Positions 7,726 to 11,330 of a stretch of DNA of 11,330 bases are shown here, in pieces. Made by a program: the position numbers and the translations under genes. A model generated the notes under the pieces. It was not told the DNA's origin. It saw only the letters and a list, made by a program, of their open reading frames with translations, and did not search any database. The DNA comes from a virus (Duplodnaviria > Heunggongvirae > Uroviricota > Caudoviricetes), in the IMG/VR virus record IMGVR_UViG_2548876932_000004; one strand, written 5' to 3'. Position 1 is the first letter of the stretch. Each line of letters starts with the position of its first letter.

Positions 7726-8469
7726 ATGACCACACCAAATCCACTGGCAAAGACGAAAGGTGCGGGGACGACGTTCTGGATGTATACCGGCAACGGCGAT
7801 GCGTTTGCGAACCCTTTGTCGGACACTGACTGGCTGCGTCTTGCGATGGTGAAGGATCTGCAACCTGGCGAAATGACCGCTGATGCAGAAGATGACACTT
7901 ATCTCGATGATGAAGATGCAGACTGGAAAACGACAACCCAGGGGCAGAAATCCGTCGGTGATACTTCGGCGACGCTGGCCTGGCGTCCGGGTGACAGCGG
8001 GCAGAAAAAACTGGTTCAGTTGTTCGACTCCGGTGAAGTCTGCGCGTTTCGTATCAAATATCCCAACGGTACTGTTGATGTTTTCCGTGGCTGGCTGAGT
8101 TCACTGGGTAAAACCATTGCCTCAAAAGACGTGATGACCCGCACAGTGAAAATCAGCGGTGTGGGGCGTCCGTATCTGGCAGAAGAAGGCACTGAAACCG
8201 TGGGCGTTACCGGGCTGACGGTGGCACCGGCATCTGCCAGTGTAAAAGTGGGAGCAACCACCACGCTGACCTTTACAGTAAAACCTGACGGAGCCAGTGA
8301 CAAAGCGATCAGTGTGCATTCGACAGATCCACAGACTGCCACGGTGACCCTGAACGGGCTTGTGGCCACGGTGAAAGGCGTGAAGCAGGGCAGTGTCAGC
8401 ATTGTGGGCATGACTTCTGACGGCGATTTTGTGGCAGTGGCTACGGTGGCTGTCAGCGCCGCAGGTTAA
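7726..8469 (+). CDS. V: Major tail (tube) protein, lambda gpV homolog with C-terminal Ig-like (Big_2-type) domain
   Basis: 247 aa. Strong similarity to lambda gpV throughout (KGAGTT.W.Y.G.GD..ANPLSD.DW.RLA.VKDL.PGE.TA...DD.YLDDEDADW..T.QGQKS.GDTS.TLAW.PG..., PNGTVDVFRGW.SS.GK). The C-terminal ~90 aa (GLTVAPASASVKVG.TTTLTFTV.PDGASDK...) has bacterial Ig-like character. AAGGAGG RBS at 7714..7720. The track ORF start at 7651 is an upstream in-frame extension overlapping U and is rejected. Confidence 0.95.
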   Translation: MTTPNPLAKTKGAGTTFWMYTGNGDAFANPLSDTDWLRLAMVKDLQPGEMTADAEDDTYLDDEDADWKTTTQGQKSVGDTSATLAWRPGDSGQKKLVQLFDSGEVCAFRIKYPNGTVDVFRGWLSSLGKTIASKDVMTRTVKISGVGRPYLAEEGTETVGVTGLTVAPASASVKVGATTTLTFTVKPDGASDKAISVHSTDPQTATVTLNGLVATVKGVKQGSVSIVGMTSDGDFVAVATVAVSAAG

Positions 8470-8489
8470 CAGGACGATACTCATCATTT

Positions 8490-8513
8490 GCCCCGATTAT
8501 CCGGGGCTTTTTT
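8490..8513 (+). terminator. Putative rho-independent terminator between V and G
   Basis: GCCCCG (8490..8495), loop ATTATC, CGGGGC (8502..8507), followed by TTTTTT (8508..8513), 21 nt after the V stop codon. Confidence 0.6.
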
Positions 8514-8526
8514 GCAGGTGGAGAAC

Positions 8527-8916
8527 ATGATGTTTCTGAAACAGGGCACGTTTAATTATGAAAAGCAGTCCGTGGTGCTCAGTGAGCTGTCCGGGCTGCA
8601 GAGAATTGAATATCTGGCGTTTGTTCAGCAGCGAACGGCAAAGTTTGATGCCGAAGAGGGAGAACTGCCGGAGGCTGAACGACAGATTGCTTTTCTGCGG
8701 ATGGGGATGGATATCAATGCCTGGCTGGTTTCCCGCTCACTGTGGAATGCGGATCAGTCTAAGGATGTAGAGACGCTTTGCGCATCCGTTATTACAACAT
8801 GGTCGTATGATGCCCTGGGTGCGGGGGCGGAGATGGTTCTGTCGCTGAGCGGTATGGGGACCATTGATAATGCCGGGGATGATGAGCATGAGGCGCTGAC
8901 GCCGGAAAAGTCCTGA
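8527..8916 (+). CDS. G: Tail assembly chaperone, lambda gpG homolog
   Basis: About 129 aa. (M)MFLKQGTFNYEKQSVVLSELSGLQRIEYLAF... aligns with lambda gpG MFLKTESFEHNGVTVTLSELSALQRIEHLAL... Start is ATG 8527 or 8530, with GGAG at 8520..8523. The track start at 8488 is a TTG inside the terminator. Confidence 0.9.
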   Translation: MMFLKQGTFNYEKQSVVLSELSGLQRIEYLAFVQQRTAKFDAEEGELPEAERQIAFLRMGMDINAWLVSRSLWNADQSKDVETLCASVITTWSYDALGAGAEMVLSLSGMGTIDNAGDDEHEALTPEKS

Positions 8917-9254
8917 CGCGGGAAATGCAGTTTGTCATGCGGCTTGCCCGGGAGTTCCGACGGGCAGACTGGCGGCGGATGCTGTCGGAAATGTCGGCCA
9001 CTGAGCTTGGTGAGTGGGGCGATTATTTCCGGATGCAGAGCTTCAGTGATGTGTGGATGGATGCGCAGTTTGCCTCGCTGAAGGCATTGATCGTGAGAAT
9101 GGTGTCCGGTAGCAGTGATGCTGCGGTGGCTGATTTCAGCCTTTTACCGGAAGAGAACGGGATACCGGAGCGAACGGACGAAGAACTGATGCATCTTGGG
9201 GAAGGTATTTCCGGAGGTGTGCGTTATGGACCAGATAGCCAACCTGGTCATTGA
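8527..9254 (+). CDS. T: Tail assembly chaperone G-T fusion product (gpGT-like), made by -1 frameshift near 8904..8910
   Basis: The downstream ORF (frame 0, open 8892..9254) has no RBS or start of its own positioned for independent translation and lies in the -1 frame relative to G. This is the conserved arrangement in lambda-like tail gene clusters, immediately upstream of the tape measure gene. Product about 242 aa. Confidence 0.7.
8904..8910 (+). promoter_or_regulatory. Candidate -1 programmed ribosomal frameshift slippery site (G GAA AAG) for G-T fusion
   Basis: The T frame is -1 relative to G and is open only from 8892. G stops at 8914..8916. The only A-rich slippery candidate in this 25 nt overlap is GGAAAAG at 8904..8910. 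Confidence 0.6.
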
Positions 9255-11277
9255 TTTGGGGATTGATGCGGCAGAGTTTAAAAATGAAATTCCCCGTATC
9301 AAAAACCTTCTGAATGGTGCAGCCAGCGATGCAGAACGGTCTTCTGCCCGTATGCAGCGTTTTATGGAGCGTCAGACTCAGGCCGCCCGGCAGACAATGC
9401 AGGCGGCTTCTTCGGCTGCAACTGCCGCATCCGTCCATGCGCAGACGGTGGAGAAGAGCGCACAGGCTCATGAACGCATGGCCCGCGAGGTGGAGCAAAC
9501 CCGCCAGCGTATGGAGGCACTGAGCCAGAAAATGCGCGAGGAACAGGCGCAGGCCATGGCTCTGGCGGAGGCTCAGGATAAAGCGGCTGCCGCGTTTTAT
9601 CGTCAGATTGACAGTGTGAAACAGGCCAGTGCGGGGCTGCAGGAATTACAGCGTATTCAGCAGCAGATCCGACAGGCTAGAAACAGTGGCGGGATTGGTC
9701 AGCAGGATTATCTGGCGCTGATTTCTGAGGTTACGGCGAAAACCCGTGTTCTTACGCAGGCTGAGGCAGAGGCTACCCGACAGAAAGTGGCGTTTATCCG
9801 TCAGCTTAAAGAGCAGGCAACCCGCCAGAATCTTTCTTCTTCTGAGTTGCTTCGTGCTAAGGCTGCCCAGCTGGGGGTAAGCAGTGCTGCAGAAGTGTAT
9901 ATCCGCAAAATGGAGCAGGCAGGAAAAGCCACGCATTCGCTGGGTCTGAAAAGTGCAGCGGCCCGCCAGGAGATAGGCGTTCTGATAGGTGAACTGGTTC
10001 GCGGCAATTTAGGTGCGCTGAGGGGATCCGGGATAACGCTGGCTAACCGTGCCGGATGGATAGACACACTGATGTCACCGAAAGGCATGATGCTGGGCGG
10101 GGTTATTGGCGGTATTGCCGCGGCCGTCTATGGTCTGGGTAAAGCCTGGTATGATGGTCAGAAGGAGGGGGAAGAATTTAACCGCCAGTTGTCGCTGACG
10201 GGGCATTATGCCGGAGTCACTGCCGGGCAGCTGTGGACGCTCAGTCGTGCTATTTCCGGGAATGGTATCACGCAACATGCTGCAGCCGGTGCGCTGGCTC
10301 AGGTGGTGGGGAGTGGCGCATTTCGTGGAAACGATATCGGTATGGTGGCGAGAGCTGCCGCACAGATGGAGCGATCGGTTGGCCAGTCGGTCAGCGATAC
10401 CATAAGTCAGTTTAAGCGGCTGAAGGATGATCCTGTAAATGCCGCGAAGGCTCTGGACAATGAGCTGCATTTTCTTACTGCCACTCAGCTTGAGCAGATA
10501 CGTGTCCTTGGGGATCAGGGACGGTCCAGTGATGCTGCACGGATAGCCATGTCTGCACTGGCAGAGGAAACCGGTCGGCGTACTGCGGATATTGATAATA
10601 ACCTCAATGCGCTTGGCAGTACGCTGAAGTATCTGTCTGATTTGTGGAGTCGTTTCTGGGATGCGGCCATGAATATTGGTCGTGAAGACTCGCTGGATGA
10701 ACAGATTGCCGCTTTACAGGAGAAAGTGTCGCGGGCGAAAAGACTCCCCTGGACGGCATCATCTTCTCAGGTTGAATACGATCAGCAGCGTCTTAACGAT
10801 CTTCAGGAGAAAAAACGCCAGAAGGATTTGCAGGATGCAAAAGAGCAGGCAGAGCGGAATTATCAGGAGCAACAGAAACGACGTAATGCTGAAAATGCTG
10901 CACTGAACCGGATGAATGAATCGGAAGCAGCACGACATCAGCGTGAAATTGCGCGTATTAATTCCATGCAGTACGCCGATCAGGCTGTCAGGGATGCAGC
11001 GATACAACGTGAAAATGAACGTTACGAGAAAGCCCTGGCATCCGGTAAGAAAAAAACACGCGAAACCCGTAATGATGAGGCCACCCGGTTATTGCTGCAG
11101 TACAGTCAGCAACAGGCACAGGTGGAAGGACAGATTGCTGCTGCAAGACAGTCAGCAGGCATTGCCACTGAAAAGATGACAGAAGCGCATAAACAGCTTC
11201 TGGCTCTGCAGCAGCGCATCAGCGATCTGGACGGGAAAAAACTGACGACAGATGAAAAGAGTGTGCTGGCCCGTTGA
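9226..11277 (+). pseudogene. H: Tail tape measure protein, lambda gpH homolog, 3'-truncated by an insertion at 11275
   Basis: N-terminus MDQIANLVIDLGIDAAEFK resembles lambda gpH MAEPVGDLVVDLSLDAARF. The central region (...LSLTGHYAGVTAGQLWTLSRA...WSRFWDAAMNIGREDSLDEQI...) aligns with the gpH region (...LVLSGNQAGLTADRMLVLSRA...FKSMWDAVLDIGRPDTAQEM...). GGAGG RBS 8 nt before ATG 9226. The frame stops at TGA 11275..11277 after 683 aa, where the lambda homolog would continue about 350 aa further. The stop codon coincides with the first bases of an IS-like terminus. Confidence 0.85.
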
Positions 11278-11330
11278 GGTAGCCTGAGTTTAACGGACAC
11301 TCCTTCCTGAAATAGAATGGCATCAGAAGG
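11275..11330 (+). mobile_element. Probable left terminus of an IS3-family insertion sequence (possibly IS600-like), continuing beyond the window
   Basis: Abrupt loss of the gpH reading frame at a sequence starting TGAGGTAGCCTGAGTTTAACGGACAC... (TG start typical of IS3-family IRs). About 50 nt of leader ends in AGAAGG at the window edge, consistent with an RBS for a transposase orfA just downstream. The IS600 assignment is a tentative recollection and is not verified. Confidence 0.5.

Noticed and set aside
9196-9225. TTG start for the tape measure ORF at 9196
   Set aside because: The ATG at 9226 has a GGAGG RBS at ideal spacing, and the lambda gpH N-terminus aligns from that Met.
1-11330. Search for CRISPR repeats, tRNA genes, toxin-antitoxin pairs or defence or moron cargo
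   Set aside because: I saw no regularly spaced direct repeats, no tRNA-like cloverleaf candidates, and the intergenic space is only tens of bases. All substantial plus-strand ORFs are accounted for by canonical head and tail genes.

Overview
This window is a contiguous, single-strand (+) block of late morphogenesis genes from a lambda-like (lambdoid siphovirus) prophage of an enterobacterial host, probably E. coli or Shigella, judged from my recollection of lambda protein sequences and of IS629. Gene order is: 3' remnant of the small terminase gene, large terminase (gpA-like), gpW-like, portal, a single 652-codon protease-scaffold-major capsid ORF, two small head-completion genes, Z-like, U-like, major tail protein V with a C-terminal Ig-like domain, tail chaperone G with a -1 frameshift into T, and a tape measure H homolog. 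The module is bracketed by insertion sequence termini at both window edges: an IS629-like right end at 1..54 that cuts off the small terminase gene, and a probable IS3-family left end from 11275 that truncates the tape measure gene. So this looks like a decaying, probably packaging- and tail-defective prophage rather than a novel system. I see no CRISPR array, tRNA, toxin-antitoxin or defence-type cargo. Two intrinsic terminator-like hairpins sit inside the late operon, after the capsid gene and after the major tail gene. All homology statements are from memory and sequence inspection, not from database searches. The ORF track includes GTG/TTG starts, so I re-derived several start codons.
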